DNA from: Phycisphaerae bacterium
GTDB lineage: Bacteria > Planctomycetota > Phycisphaerae > UBA1845
Direction: 5' to 3'
Assembly (NCBI GenBank): GCA_963666835.2
Contig: CAXXGO010000006.1
Location: forward strand, 1,504,001-1,568,000
DNA length: 64,000 bases
Shown here: positions 28,519 to 38,964 of the stretch, one piece after another
How the letters are laid out: every line of letters starts with the position of its first letter
Numbering within the stretch: position 1 is the stretch's first letter
Notes under the pieces: generated by a model
What the model was told of the DNA's origin: nothing
The model's database searches: none
Seen by the model: the letters and a program-made list of their open reading frames with translations, nothing else
Program-made: the position numbers and the translations under genes

Positions 28519-29625
28519 ATGAGGACTACACACGGAAAAGGCATCGTTGCCGTACTGATTGCTGGAGCGTTGCTGTTCAAAGCCGGCTGCGGTAGTGGCG
28601 ATTTCCTGGGTCTGGAGGACTACCAGCGAGATTTGCTGGTCGGCGGTGTCGCGGCCGCCTTGCTGCTGGCGAACCAGACCGGCACTGCTGATGACGCTAC
28701 CGATCCGGAAGCCGGACAAGCCTTGCCAGGCCCCGAGGGAGAACAGGGCGTCCCCGGCGAGCAAGGCGAGCAGGGTGAGCAAGGAGCGCAGGGTGCGCAG
28801 GGCGAGCAAGGTGAGCAAGGAGAGCAAGGCGCGCAAGGAGAGCAGGGCGAACCGGGGCCGGCCGGTCCGCAAGGAGAGCAGGGCGAGCAAGGAGAGCAGG
28901 GCGAGCAAGGAGAACAGGGGCCCGTTGGGCCGACCGGTCCCACCGGTCCGAAGGGCGATCCCGGAGAAGACGGGACCGCTCTGTTCAGCGTCTTCATTGA
29001 CGACTTCTTCACCATCGCCGGGAGCACGCCCGGAGATTTGCCCATGGCGACGATATCAATCTCCGAGCCCACGCTCGGTCCTCCGAACCCGGATACGGGC
29101 GAGCCGGGAGTGATCGCCTATCGCATGGCTATCCCAGAGCATTACGCGGAAGGGAACGACGTCACCATGCGTCTGTTATTCCATCGGACCGGCCCAGGCG
29201 CCGAGGGCTGTCTGGTCTTCACCCTGGATGCAGCCCGCCTGGTCAACGGCCAGGATGTCTCACCGTACGACGGCAGCGCCCGCTACGTGAGGATCGACCT
29301 CAACCAACCGGTTGTGGTCGAGAAGTCGATCTCCGAGACCCTTCTCGACAACGGCAGCGAGGGCGTATACCTGGTCGTCGATCTGCCGATAAACGACGGT
29401 GTCGACCAGCCGGGCCTGGAGCTGGGCGGCGGGCTCGCGGCTACGGATATGCTCGCCTTCGAGCTTGCGGTCTACACGACACCGGACCGCACCTGGCACG
29501 ATGGGGGGCATTACCATCTGCTCGGAGTTGAGTTCTTCGAGTCGGCTGCGGGTGAAGCGGAGCTGGTGGGCGCCACCATCTTCACTTCTGAGCAGGATGT
29601 GATGTGCTTCAACGAAGGGTTCTGA
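28519..29625 (+). CDS. Collagen-like (Gly-X-Y) putative lipoprotein
   Basis: Start MRTTHGKG; lipobox-like LLFKAGC; 27 uninterrupted GXY triplets at 28729-28971, followed by a globular C-terminal domain. Confidence 0.8.
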   Translation: MRTTHGKGIVAVLIAGALLFKAGCGSGDFLGLEDYQRDLLVGGVAAALLLANQTGTADDATDPEAGQALPGPEGEQGVPGEQGEQGEQGAQGAQGEQGEQGEQGAQGEQGEPGPAGPQGEQGEQGEQGEQGEQGPVGPTGPTGPKGDPGEDGTALFSVFIDDFFTIAGSTPGDLPMATISISEPTLGPPNPDTGEPGVIAYRMAIPEHYAEGNDVTMRLLFHRTGPGAEGCLVFTLDAARLVNGQDVSPYDGSARYVRIDLNQPVVVEKSISETLLDNGSEGVYLVVDLPINDGVDQPGLELGGGLAATDMLAFELAVYTTPDRTWHDGGHYHLLGVEFFESAAGEAELVGATIFTSEQDVMCFNEGF

Positions 29626-29685
29626 TTCAGTAGCATCGGACGCTCCTAGACTCGCCGGTAGTCAGGAACGGCCAAGGCACGATTC

Positions 29686-29725
29686 AAAAGCCCGCCCGGG
29701 TCCTTCGGATCCGGGCGGGTTTTTT
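29686..29725 (+). terminator. Intrinsic terminator (possibly bidirectional)
   Basis: AAAA-GCCCGCCCGGGTCC-TTCG-GATCCGGGCGGG-TTTTTT. Confidence 0.85.
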
Positions 29726-30099
29726 GTCAGGTCTTTCTTCCGATTGCCGCTTCGGGAATCGGAGGGAATCTGTGAAAGGACGCGCCCCAAGTCTTCGAAG
29801 GCGACCCTCGCCACCGTAGCCGGGGATGGATTCGGAGCCCATACCCGCCTTCAGCGGGCGAGGCCCGATTCCGGCCTTACGCCCGTGCTTACGCGTGGCG
29901 ACCGTTTCCACCCCGCGCAGCTTCCGATAATACGATCCGACCCGGCCCGCCGTTTGCACGGGTTTTCGCGGTGCCGCATACGCCGACCGGACTCTTGCGA
30001 GCCGCTCGCCCGCTCGCGGCGGGTTACCGGTGATTTGCTGCTACGTAGACGCTCTCGTAGAATGCGGAACTCGACGTTCGAGACAGGAGTAACCCGGCG

Positions 30100-32064
30100 A
30101 TGACGATCGCTTTCAAACCGTATAATGCGATGACTCCCGAGGACTACGCAGACATCGGACTGCGCTGCGGGCTGGAGGTTCACCAACAGCTTCTCACGAA
30201 GACCAAGCTGTTCTGCCGCTGCCCCGCCGGTCGATATAGCGAGGCGTTCAACGCCGAGATCCTCCGGCACATGCGCCCGACTCTCTCCGAGCTGGGAGAG
30301 TATGACGGCACGGCCTTGATGGAGAAGAAGACGCGGAAGAACATCTATTACCGCATCCACCACGATACGGTATGTACGTACGAGTTCGACGACACCCCGC
30401 CGTTCTTCATCGCAGACGACGCTCTCGATTACGCCCTGCAAGTCGCAATGTTGCTTCGCTTGAACATCGTCAGCGAGTTGCACATCGCCCGTAAGCAGTA
30501 CCTGGACGGGTCGATTCCAACAGGGTTTCAGCGAACCACTATTGTGGGAGTGGACGGCTGGATCCCGTTCAAGGACCGCAAGATCCGGATCAGACAGCTC
30601 GGATTGGAAGAAGACGCCTGCCGAGAGGTCTCGGACATCGGCCACGACCGAGTCTACCTGACGGATCGGCTGGGCATGCCGCTCATCGAGCCGGTGACAG
30701 AGCCGGACATGCGCACCCCGGAAGAGGCGGCCCAGGTCGGAGAGATTCTCCGTCGCCTGTGTCGTAGCACCGGGAACGTCCGCACCGGGTATGGAGCCGG
30801 AAGACAGGACGTCAACGTCAGTGTGACCGGCGGCACCCGTATCGAAATCAAGGGCGTGCCCCAGCTCTGGCGGATTCCTCGCCTGGTTTATAACGAGGCT
30901 CGTCGGCAATGTTCCCTGCTGGCCATCCGCGACCAGTTGAAGGAGCGGGGCATCACGCCGGACACCTTCAAACACTACGTTGACGATGTTACTCGCATCG
31001 TCGCCAAGACCCAGTATGAGCCGATGCGGGCCGCCCTCCAGCGGGGTGATCGAGTGAAGTGCATAGTCCTGAAGGGCTTCGCCGGAATCCTCAATGAACC
31101 CACACAGGAGCACACGACGTTTGCCAAGGAATTCTCCGATCGCGCCCGCGTAATCGCCTGCCTGACGCGCCTGCCCAACATCATCCACTCGGACACGGCG
31201 TCCGAGTCCCTCTACGGCAAGGATTGGCAGAAGCTGCACCGCAAGATGAAGGCGGACCACGGCGATGCCCTGATCCTCGTCTGGGGCGACGAGGCGGACA
31301 CCCGCTGCGCCGCGGAGGAAATCGCCATTCGGGCGAAGGAAGCCACAATCGGCGTGCCCAGCGATACCAGACAGGGGCTCAAGGACGGCACTAACGGCTT
31401 CGAACGGGTCCTGCCGGGGGCCGATCGCATGTACCCGGACACGGATCTGCCGCCGATGGCGATTCCCAGCGAGCGCCTCGAACGGATTGCGGCCCGGCTT
31501 CCCGAGTATGTCTGGGATCGCGAACAACGATACCGATCAATGGGGCTGGGGGAGGAGCACATCGCCACGTTGTGCCTCTCGCGCAAGGCCGGTCTGTTCC
31601 AACGTCTCGTGGATGAGCTTAAGTGCGCTCCGACCTTCGCCGCAGTCGTTATCTGCGAGCGGCTCAAGGCCTTCCGGCGGGACGGCTTGGCCCTCGACCG
31701 GCTTGCCGACGACACCATCTTCGAGGTGTTCGAAGCCCATACGACCGGCCGGCTTGCCCGCGAAGGCGTGGTCGACGCTATCAGGAAACTCCTGACGAGC
31801 CGAAGTGATCCGGCCGCGGAACAGCTCACCGTGAGCGACATTCTTCAGCAGTACGCCCCCGTAACGGAAGATGAGTTGGCCGCCGACGTAACCCATACCG
31901 TTGCCCAATTGGATCGTTCCAACTTCAGCTCCGCGGATCAGGTTCGGCGCCATGCGATGGGCCTGTTGATGAGCAAGTTCCGCGGACGCGTGGATGGGAC
32001 GACGGTTGCCCGCCGGATCGAGCAGGTTCTGCCTCCCGAAGACGCAAGGGTCGCTGCTTCGTAG
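30100..32064 (+). CDS. gatE: Glu-tRNA(Gln) amidotransferase subunit E (archaeal type)
   Basis: GLEVHQQL..KLFCRCP, RKQYLDGSIPTGFQRT, LEEDACR, DRLGMPLIE, RQDVNVSV.GG.RIEIKGV and LPGADRMYPDTDLPP, plus a large central insertion characteristic of GatE rather than GatB; 654 aa. Confidence 0.92.
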   Translation: MTIAFKPYNAMTPEDYADIGLRCGLEVHQQLLTKTKLFCRCPAGRYSEAFNAEILRHMRPTLSELGEYDGTALMEKKTRKNIYYRIHHDTVCTYEFDDTPPFFIADDALDYALQVAMLLRLNIVSELHIARKQYLDGSIPTGFQRTTIVGVDGWIPFKDRKIRIRQLGLEEDACREVSDIGHDRVYLTDRLGMPLIEPVTEPDMRTPEEAAQVGEILRRLCRSTGNVRTGYGAGRQDVNVSVTGGTRIEIKGVPQLWRIPRLVYNEARRQCSLLAIRDQLKERGITPDTFKHYVDDVTRIVAKTQYEPMRAALQRGDRVKCIVLKGFAGILNEPTQEHTTFAKEFSDRARVIACLTRLPNIIHSDTASESLYGKDWQKLHRKMKADHGDALILVWGDEADTRCAAEEIAIRAKEATIGVPSDTRQGLKDGTNGFERVLPGADRMYPDTDLPPMAIPSERLERIAARLPEYVWDREQRYRSMGLGEEHIATLCLSRKAGLFQRLVDELKCAPTFAAVVICERLKAFRRDGLALDRLADDTIFEVFEAHTTGRLAREGVVDAIRKLLTSRSDPAAEQLTVSDILQQYAPVTEDELAADVTHTVAQLDRSNFSSADQVRRHAMGLLMSKFRGRVDGTTVARRIEQVLPPEDARVAAS

Positions 32065-32132
32065 ATCAAAGGTGAGAGAGTCGATACGGATCACGGGACA
32101 ATTGCGGTGGTCCATTTGCTCAGGAAGACAAC

Positions 32133-33515
32133 ATGAGTGACACAGCCCAGGGTTATCGCGGGATCGGAAAGGCCACGCTCGACAAGTACGACGTCTCCGT
32201 TTGGAGCGATGTCGAGGTGAACACCGATAACGGCAGCTTCCGCGGCATTATCCTACCGCGCTCAGAGACGGCCGACGAAAAGCACATCGTCTTGAAACTC
32301 ACCAGCGGCTATAACGTCGGCGTCGCGGCCGACTCGGTCACGAAAATCGTCCAGCACGGTCGGCGCGAAGCCCACTACAAGATCCCCGAGAAGGAGTTCC
32401 CCTACGACGCGGCAAAACCGAACGTCACCCTTTTCGGCACCGGCGGCACCATCGCCAGCCGTTTGGACTACCGCACCGGAGCGGTGATTCCCGCATTCTC
32501 TCCCGGTGAGTTGTACGGCTCGGTCCCCGAACTGGCGGACATCTGCAACCTCACCACCGAGAAGCTCTTCGGGGTCTTCAGCGAGAACATGGGTCCGCAG
32601 CAGTACATCCGTCTCGCCGAGCGAATCAAGGAGGTCATCGAGCAGGGGGTCAGCGGTATTGTCATCGGGCACGGTACCGACACCATGCACCACACCGCGG
32701 CCATCCTGAGCTTCATGGTGCAGGATTCACCCGTTCCCATAGTCATGGTCGGGTCTCAGCGTTCGTCCGACCGGCCCTCATCGGATGCGGCTATTAATCT
32801 GATAAACGCGGTCAAGGCGGCCGCGACGAGCGACATCGCCGAGGTCAGCGTATGCATGTTCGGGCCTACTTCGGATCAGTACTGTCTTTTGCACCGCGGC
32901 ACGCGCGTCCGCAAGATGCACTCCAGCTACCGATCGACTTTCCGAACGATTGGTGACATTCCTCTGGCAATGATCGATCCGGAGAAGATCGAACTTCTAC
33001 GAACGGACTACAAGCGTCGGCGGGATGATCGCAACGTGAAGATCAATACGGCCTTCGAAGAGAAGGTCACGATTCTCTACTACTACCCAAATATGATGCC
33101 CGACTTGGTCGATGCCATCGTCGACAAGGGCTACCGCGGTATTGTCATCGCTGGGACGGGCCTGGGCCACGTCAACCGTCCGCTCTATGCGGCGCTCGAG
33201 CGCGCCACTGCCAAGGGCGTACACATCTACATGACGGTTCAGACTTTGTGGGGTTACGTGCAGATGTACGTGTACGAAACCGGACGGGAGATTATGGGGC
33301 TGGGCGTGGTGCCGGCCGCCAATATGCTTCCGGAAGTCGCCTTCATGAAACTGTCCTGGGCGCTGGGGCAGTCCGATGACCGCGACGAGGTCCGCCGGAT
33401 CATGCTGACTCCGGTCTGCGACGAGATCACCGAGCGGGAGCCCTATAACGGCTACCTGATTTTTCAGGGCGAAATCCCCGAGGTGCAGGACTTCCTTCGC
33501 ACTATCAAACGCTGA
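32133..33515 (+). CDS. gatD: Glu-tRNA(Gln) amidotransferase subunit D (type I asparaginase-like, archaeal type)
   Basis: N-terminal GatD domain (VLKLTSGYNVGV), TGGTIASRLDYRTGAV, HGTDTM, GSQRSSDRPSSDA and HRGTRVRKMHSS. Confidence 0.93.
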   Translation: MSDTAQGYRGIGKATLDKYDVSVWSDVEVNTDNGSFRGIILPRSETADEKHIVLKLTSGYNVGVAADSVTKIVQHGRREAHYKIPEKEFPYDAAKPNVTLFGTGGTIASRLDYRTGAVIPAFSPGELYGSVPELADICNLTTEKLFGVFSENMGPQQYIRLAERIKEVIEQGVSGIVIGHGTDTMHHTAAILSFMVQDSPVPIVMVGSQRSSDRPSSDAAINLINAVKAAATSDIAEVSVCMFGPTSDQYCLLHRGTRVRKMHSSYRSTFRTIGDIPLAMIDPEKIELLRTDYKRRRDDRNVKINTAFEEKVTILYYYPNMMPDLVDAIVDKGYRGIVIAGTGLGHVNRPLYAALERATAKGVHIYMTVQTLWGYVQMYVYETGREIMGLGVVPAANMLPEVAFMKLSWALGQSDDRDEVRRIMLTPVCDEITEREPYNGYLIFQGEIPEVQDFLRTIKR

Positions 33516-33968
33516 TTTCGTTCGGTGCGGCGGGAGGATCAACCGTCGCTACGCAGTCACGTTCACGATCGGGACGTTACTATCGGAAGAGCCCTCCGCG
33601 GAGTATTGCCCCGCGTCTAATGCGGAGGTGCCCCGGTCGTTTTGAGCGTGAGCGGAAAGCGTCATCGCTAAGCCCATAAAAATCGTTTCGTTCGAAATTC
33701 GCGTGAGCGCGCGCCTACGATTCTTCGTTTAGTTACCTTGAGGACTGCCGGCAGAAGGCTTTCCGTAAGTAGCATGAGGGGAGAGGGGTCGCGATTCCGC
33801 GGCCTCAGGTGCGCAACCGCCTGCCTGCAGACTGCCGTCCTTACGTAGCCCATAGCCCACGGGGTGAACTCCGGGGACTCCGTCTAAACACCTCGACCAG
33901 GTGTCGCGCGCGAGGTCTGCGCGCCGGGATCCCGGTCCATCTCCCCGGCAACCGAGCGAGGTGACACG

Positions 33969-34580
33969 ATGAACCGCAGAAACGTCAGAACGGCCCTGGG
34001 ATTGTTGACGACCGTCGCAGCTTTTGGAGCCCCCGCCCTATCGGCGCGGGCGGCAATCCCCGCCGCCCGAGACGTTTACTACTACGTCTACTCCATCCCC
34101 GAGGATCTTACGAGTGACATTGCTCTGTCTGTACGGCTGAGCCTCACCGCGGTCGAGGTGGAGGGTTCCGCGGTCGGATGGGAGATCACCTACGCCGAGT
34201 TTCGCGAACCGGGAACTACATCGGAGGACGACGTAGTCTGGTACGCGGAATACCCGGCGGTCGACACGGCCGACGGTCTGTGGTGGGTTGAACACGCCGA
34301 TCCGTCCGCCCCGGTGCTTGCCGAATTCGCCACACCGCCGCGCTTGGTGGGCACGGCCACCGCAGTCGATTCGCAATATGCCGACCTTGAATACGATCTG
34401 CAGGGCGCCGTTGCCGTGTCCGAGACGGAAACAGAGACGAAAAGCACCAAGACTGCGCTGACTTTCAATATCCACGCCGCCGACACCGGAGAGACGATGT
34501 ACACCGGCGTTGCGGAAACGGTCAGCACAGGCGAGGACGAGCCGCCTACGATGGCCGGTTCGGGGACGGAGGCGGACTAA
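33969..34580 (+). CDS. Secreted hypothetical protein
   Basis: GAGG RBS, signal peptide ending ARA, acidic beta-rich body. Confidence 0.65.
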   Translation: MNRRNVRTALGLLTTVAAFGAPALSARAAIPAARDVYYYVYSIPEDLTSDIALSVRLSLTAVEVEGSAVGWEITYAEFREPGTTSEDDVVWYAEYPAVDTADGLWWVEHADPSAPVLAEFATPPRLVGTATAVDSQYADLEYDLQGAVAVSETETETKSTKTALTFNIHAADTGETMYTGVAETVSTGEDEPPTMAGSGTEAD

Positions 34581-34634
34581 CTCGACAACGCGAGTGTGCC
34601 TGTCAACGAGTTGCCAGGCCCGCTACGTGTAACG

Positions 34635-36728
34635 TCAGTCCGTACGGTTGGAAAACTCGGCCTCGCGCCTAGCGAGATACTCCAATACGGCGCGGACATC
34701 GCGGAGCGTCGTCGACACATCCCGGCTGCGCGGAGCAGACTTGCCGGACTCGACAAGCCCAAGCACACGTCGCTCCGCCCGTTCCAGGAGGTCGCGCGCA
34801 AGCTCGTAGAGTTCGGGATCGTGCAAGAACAAATGCCCGATGGCTATCCTTGCCTCGGTCCTAGACAACTCTATCGTATAGTCGAGTGAATCCGGATCGG
34901 CCTGGTAGAGCATCTGCAGGATCTCGCGTGCAGCAGAGTAACATTGGATAGCCTCACCAAATGCCCGCGTTCCCTGGCGGCTCTCGCCATCTTGACCGAG
35001 CGCGACAGCTAGCTCGAAACTCAAGCTGGCATTATCAGGATCAGCGCCAAGCAACGCGCGACGAGTCGACACTACTTTCTGAAGGTCTCGCCGTGCGAAC
35101 TCCCACTCGTCACGAGCCATCGCCAACCGCGCGCGCGACGCGAGCGCGTCGGCTAGCGACCGCTGCCACTCGAGGTTCTCCGGCTCTCTCCGCACTAACT
35201 CCTCGGCCAAGGACATGAGACTCTGAAAATGCGGCTCGGCCTCATCCAGCTTCCCTTCTTCGAGCAGCAAGGTCCCGATACGGTGGTGCGCGCCAATGCG
35301 ATAGCGATCAACGACCGGGTCACCCGCAACGTCATCCCCGGCGAGTTCCAGGGCCTTCTCGAACATCGCCATGGCCTGTTCCAGACGACCCTCGTCGCGT
35401 TCTACTGCACCGAGTTTCAGATACGAGCCCATCTGGAGTCCCGCCTGGTAGATTCGCGCTTGGGTTTCAGCTCTCTGCCGTTGGGTTTCCGCTCTTTGCC
35501 ACAGAATCCCCATGCCCACCGCGGACCCGATCACCAGCAAGAGAAACGCGGCGGCAATCGCCACCTGCAAGCGAAAGCGGCGGATCGTTTTGCCGAGCAC
35601 GTAAAACGCATTCGCCGACTTCGCCTCCACGGCATCACCGGCCAGGTAGCGGCCGAGATCTTCCGCGAGCGCCGCAACCGACTGGTACCGGTCCCCCTTA
35701 TCCTTCTCCAGGGTCTTCAGGAGAATGGCTTCGAGATCGCCACTCATCTCCCGGCGGGTGAAGCCTCCGTCCAGACTCTCGTCGCTCAAGGCCTTCCGCG
35801 GTGGAATCGGCTCTCGGCCCACAATGTTGTTCTGCACGTCGAGCGGCGCCCCCTCCACCGGGTACGGGAAGCTGCCGGTGAGTATCTCGTATAGCACCAC
35901 TCCAAGGGAGTAGATGTCGGATCGAACATCCACATCGTCTACCGCGCCGCGGGCCTGCTCCGGGCTCAGATACGGTAGGGTGCCCACAACCTGCCCGGTC
36001 ATAGAGATGCTGGTGGATGAGCCGCTCCCGCCGGTCGGCGAGTAGTCCTTAGCCAAGCCGAAATCCAGAATGTGCGGTTCGCCGTCGTCATCCACCAGAA
36101 TATTCGAAGGCTTGAGATCACGATGGATGATCCCCCGCTGGTGGGCGAAACTGACCGCGCGGCAGATCGTGGCGAAAAGCTCCACCCGCGCCGTCCCACT
36201 CAACCCATGGAGCAGGATGTAATCGTCGATCGACATCCCGTCCACGTACTCCATCGCGAAGTACGGCCGACCGTTGACTATGCCGCTGTCGTAGACGGTG
36301 ACGATATTAGGATGCCGCAGCCGGGCGATCAGCTCGACCTCGCGGGAGAAGCGGTGCCTCTGTTGACCGGTGGCGAAGGGCCCGTCCAACAGAACCTTGA
36401 TTGCAACGGTTCGATTGGTGGAAAGCTGCATTGCCTTGAAGATGACGCCCTGCCCCCCGCGACGCACGCGCTCGATCACCTCATACCCGGCAAGACTCTC
36501 GCCCAGCAACATGGCATCGGTCGGTCCGTCGACATCGCCCGACTCCGGCTGCGCGGTGGCACACTCGGCGGCAACCTCGATCGCGCGCAGAGTGGCCAGC
36601 CGTCGACGCAACTCGGGCAGCAGGTGGCGATGTTGTCGCTCTACGTCTTCGAAGGAAACGTCTTCACCGGCCTGGCGACGACGGAGCACGTCCTCGACGA
36701 TGCGGTCAATCTCGGCGTTTCGATCCAT
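34635..36728 (-). CDS. Hanks-type Ser/Thr protein kinase with TM segment and C-terminal TPR-like region
   Basis: [29 protein letters not shown] and DIYSLG; start taken at MDRNAE. Confidence 0.92.
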   Translation of the reverse strand: MDRNAEIDRIVEDVLRRRQAGEDVSFEDVERQHRHLLPELRRRLATLRAIEVAAECATAQPESGDVDGPTDAMLLGESLAGYEVIERVRRGGQGVIFKAMQLSTNRTVAIKVLLDGPFATGQQRHRFSREVELIARLRHPNIVTVYDSGIVNGRPYFAMEYVDGMSIDDYILLHGLSGTARVELFATICRAVSFAHQRGIIHRDLKPSNILVDDDGEPHILDFGLAKDYSPTGGSGSSTSISMTGQVVGTLPYLSPEQARGAVDDVDVRSDIYSLGVVLYEILTGSFPYPVEGAPLDVQNNIVGREPIPPRKALSDESLDGGFTRREMSGDLEAILLKTLEKDKGDRYQSVAALAEDLGRYLAGDAVEAKSANAFYVLGKTIRRFRLQVAIAAAFLLLVIGSAVGMGILWQRAETQRQRAETQARIYQAGLQMGSYLKLGAVERDEGRLEQAMAMFEKALELAGDDVAGDPVVDRYRIGAHHRIGTLLLEEGKLDEAEPHFQSLMSLAEELVRREPENLEWQRSLADALASRARLAMARDEWEFARRDLQKVVSTRRALLGADPDNASLSFELAVALGQDGESRQGTRAFGEAIQCYSAAREILQMLYQADPDSLDYTIELSRTEARIAIGHLFLHDPELYELARDLLERAERRVLGLVESGKSAPRSRDVSTTLRDVRAVLEYLARREAEFSNRTD

Positions 36729-36792
36729 GACGCTACGGCTCCCCGCGGGCCGAGCCCGGACGAGCGGTACCACCGGTCCATCGGCGGATTCC

Positions 36793-37422
36793 TCAATCGC
36801 CGGACACTTCCTCCAACGGAAGCGCATCGCTGAAGAACTTCTCCGCGGACCCGAGATGCGTACGCAATTCGCGCAGGCCGTGGAAGATCAGACTGTGAAC
36901 CGCCGGAACCGTCCGCTGCATCAGCCGGGCTATCTCGGAAAGAGGACGCCCCTCTATATGACGCATCCGCACCGCCCGGGCACGGTCCGCCGATACGTGG
37001 CCCAGTGCCGCGGTAACGGCAGCAGCGGCCTCCTTGGCGGAAGTTACCCGGCTGGGGGTCACCCCGGGCGCCGCCGCCCCGGCCACCAGGTCGATGATTG
37101 ACGAGTAAGGGTCACTCCCGCAACCCTGCACCGGAACCCCACCCCCGCGTTTGATCGCCAGGGCAATCCGGAGCGTATCCACCGTTTTGCGGTTGGCAAT
37201 CGTGGTCAGCCAATGTTCGAAATCCGCGTCTCGCCGCCCTCGGAAACCCCCGGCCGTGCGAAACGCCGCAATCCAGACATCTTGCAGAACGTCATCCGCA
37301 GAAACTACGCTTCGCAGCCCGCGCGGGATTTTACCGTCGATGTACTGACGCAAACGCTCCGCATGGGCAAGGAGCATCTTCTGCATGGCCGCCTGCTTGC
37401 CGGATTTTGCGGATAGGATCAT
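36793..37422 (-). CDS. ECF sigma factor (planctomycete kinase-associated type)
   Basis: SADDVLQDVW, WLTTIANRK, TPSR motif and RMRHIEGRPLSEIARLM; lies directly upstream of the Ser/Thr kinase; start uncertain. Confidence 0.8.
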   Translation of the reverse strand: MILSAKSGKQAAMQKMLLAHAERLRQYIDGKIPRGLRSVVSADDVLQDVWIAAFRTAGGFRGRRDADFEHWLTTIANRKTVDTLRIALAIKRGGGVPVQGCGSDPYSSIIDLVAGAAAPGVTPSRVTSAKEAAAAVTAALGHVSADRARAVRMRHIEGRPLSEIARLMQRTVPAVHSLIFHGLRELRTHLGSAEKFFSDALPLEEVSGD

Positions 37423-37628
37423 CAGTCTGCCCGGACGGATAACAGCCTTCGCGGGTTTTCCTAAAAAAAAACGCCCAATCTGGGGTTTTCCGTGAGCGCT
37501 TCGGCCACGGTTTTCGTTTAGGACTATGTTACCGGGTTTTCGGCCGCGCGCCAACATTTGAGGCACGTGGTGCTTCCCAATTGAGCCTCGCAAGGCCGAC
37601 ATGAAAGAGTGGAAATGGATTTACACCT

Positions 37629-38603
37629 ATGACACTTAATGACACAACAGAGAGACTTAACGCCCTGGCGAAGGAGGCATACGCGAGAATTCGGGCAACG
37701 GACTCGTTCCCCTCCCCGTCCGGCGTAGCCAAGAGGGTGTTGCAGCTCGTCAACGACGAGGAGGCTACTATCGAAGCCTTGGCGACGCTTCTCGAGACCG
37801 ACCCGGCAATCGCCGCGAGGATTCTGCGCTTTGCGAACTCCCCGATCGTCGGCGCGCCTCGGAAGATTGCATCAGTGTCCGGCGCGGTCAGGATGCTGGG
37901 GCTCCGGACCGTCAGGAGTCTGGTCCTGGGTATCTCGATGGTGTTTGCCCCGAAGCGGGTGCGGTGCGAGGGGTTCGCCTTCGATCCGTTTTGGTCAGAG
38001 TCCGTCGCCTGTGCCGCCGCCGCCCGACGGTTGGCCATCACGCAGGACGCTATCCCGCCGGACGACGCTTTCACCTGCGGCTTGCTCAGCCAGATAGGTC
38101 GATTGGCCTTTGCCACAACATATCGAACCGAGTATGCCAAGGTCCTCCGTCAGGCCTGCGGGGGCGGACCGGGGGCGCTAGCCGTGTTCGAGCGGGGGGC
38201 CTTCGAGATCGACCACACCAATCTTGCCGCGGAGATGATGAACGACTGGGGGATCCCGTCCGCGTATTGCGAAGCAGTTCGCCGTCAGGACAACCCGGAT
38301 GCCCCGGGATTGGAGCCCGAATCGCTTACGGTTCGGATGGCGCGGGTTCTCGGTTTGGCCGGTGCGGTTGCGGTCGTGCTGGTCGATCCCGCTCCGGATT
38401 TGCTCGCGCTTAATGCCATGATCGGCGATGCCGGGGCGCTGCGGATATCGCCGGACGATTTCCATGTTTTGTTCGATGCGGTCGGGTTGGAGTGGCGCGA
38501 GGCCGCGGCGATCTTCGGCGTGTCCGGTCGAAAGCAACCGCCCCTGGCGATCCTGTTCGAACGAGCCCGAGCGGCCTGGAGCGGCTCGTCGGGCACGGAG
38601 TGA
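37629..38603 (+). CDS. HDOD-domain protein
   Basis: FPSP, ETDPAIAARILRFANSP, AVRMLG, FW.ES, AFTCGLLSQIGRL and IDHT...DWGIP. Confidence 0.88.
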   Translation: MTLNDTTERLNALAKEAYARIRATDSFPSPSGVAKRVLQLVNDEEATIEALATLLETDPAIAARILRFANSPIVGAPRKIASVSGAVRMLGLRTVRSLVLGISMVFAPKRVRCEGFAFDPFWSESVACAAAARRLAITQDAIPPDDAFTCGLLSQIGRLAFATTYRTEYAKVLRQACGGGPGALAVFERGAFEIDHTNLAAEMMNDWGIPSAYCEAVRRQDNPDAPGLEPESLTVRMARVLGLAGAVAVVLVDPAPDLLALNAMIGDAGALRISPDDFHVLFDAVGLEWREAAAIFGVSGRKQPPLAILFERARAAWSGSSGTE

Positions 38604-38617
38604 CACACGTCAAATGT

Positions 38618-38831
38618 GGCAGGTCTCGTTCCTCGACCGTGCCCTACCAGGGTCCGCTGTGCGGGCTAATCCAACTTGCATAACCTTGGCGTCACGCGTG
38701 TCATTGCGGCAGGTCTCGTTCCTCGACCGTGCCCTACCAGGGTCCGCTGTGCGGGCTAATCCAACTTGCATAACCTTGGCGTCACGCGGGTCATTGCGGC
38801 AGGTCTCGTTCCTCGACCGTGCCCTACCAGG
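38618..38831 (-). repeat. 90-bp tandem REP-containing repeat (2.4 copies)
   Basis: Units start at 38618, 38708 and 38798; each contains the reverse-strand REP core GGCAGGTCTCGTTCCTCGACCGTGCCCTAC. Confidence 0.9.
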
Positions 38832-38875
38832 TACGGGGTCGGGCTCTGCCCGACGCGGCCGTGATCGCGGTCCAC

Positions 38876-38916
38876 AAATAAAAGAGCCCCCCGCAACCTT
38901 TGGTTGCGGGGGGCTC
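38876..38916 (-). terminator. Intrinsic terminator of the large secreted protein gene
   Basis: 15-bp stem GAGCCCCCCGCAACC/GGTTGCGGGGGGCTC with an A-rich run on the plus strand. Confidence 0.85.
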
Positions 38917-38964
38917 CGTTAGGGTCACTTCATCGTCGAGGCCGGCTCGGCCTCGCGGTTGTTA

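Noticed and set aside
29851..31527. Long antisense ORFs (this one, also 38959..40719, 46655..48199, 48707..50113, 9892..11070 and 632..1696)
   Set aside because: They are shadows of well-supported genes on the opposite strand in GC-rich DNA and contain no recognisable motifs
38618..38831. Possible CRISPR array
   Set aside because: The two intervening segments are essentially identical; it is a plain 90-bp tandem repeat
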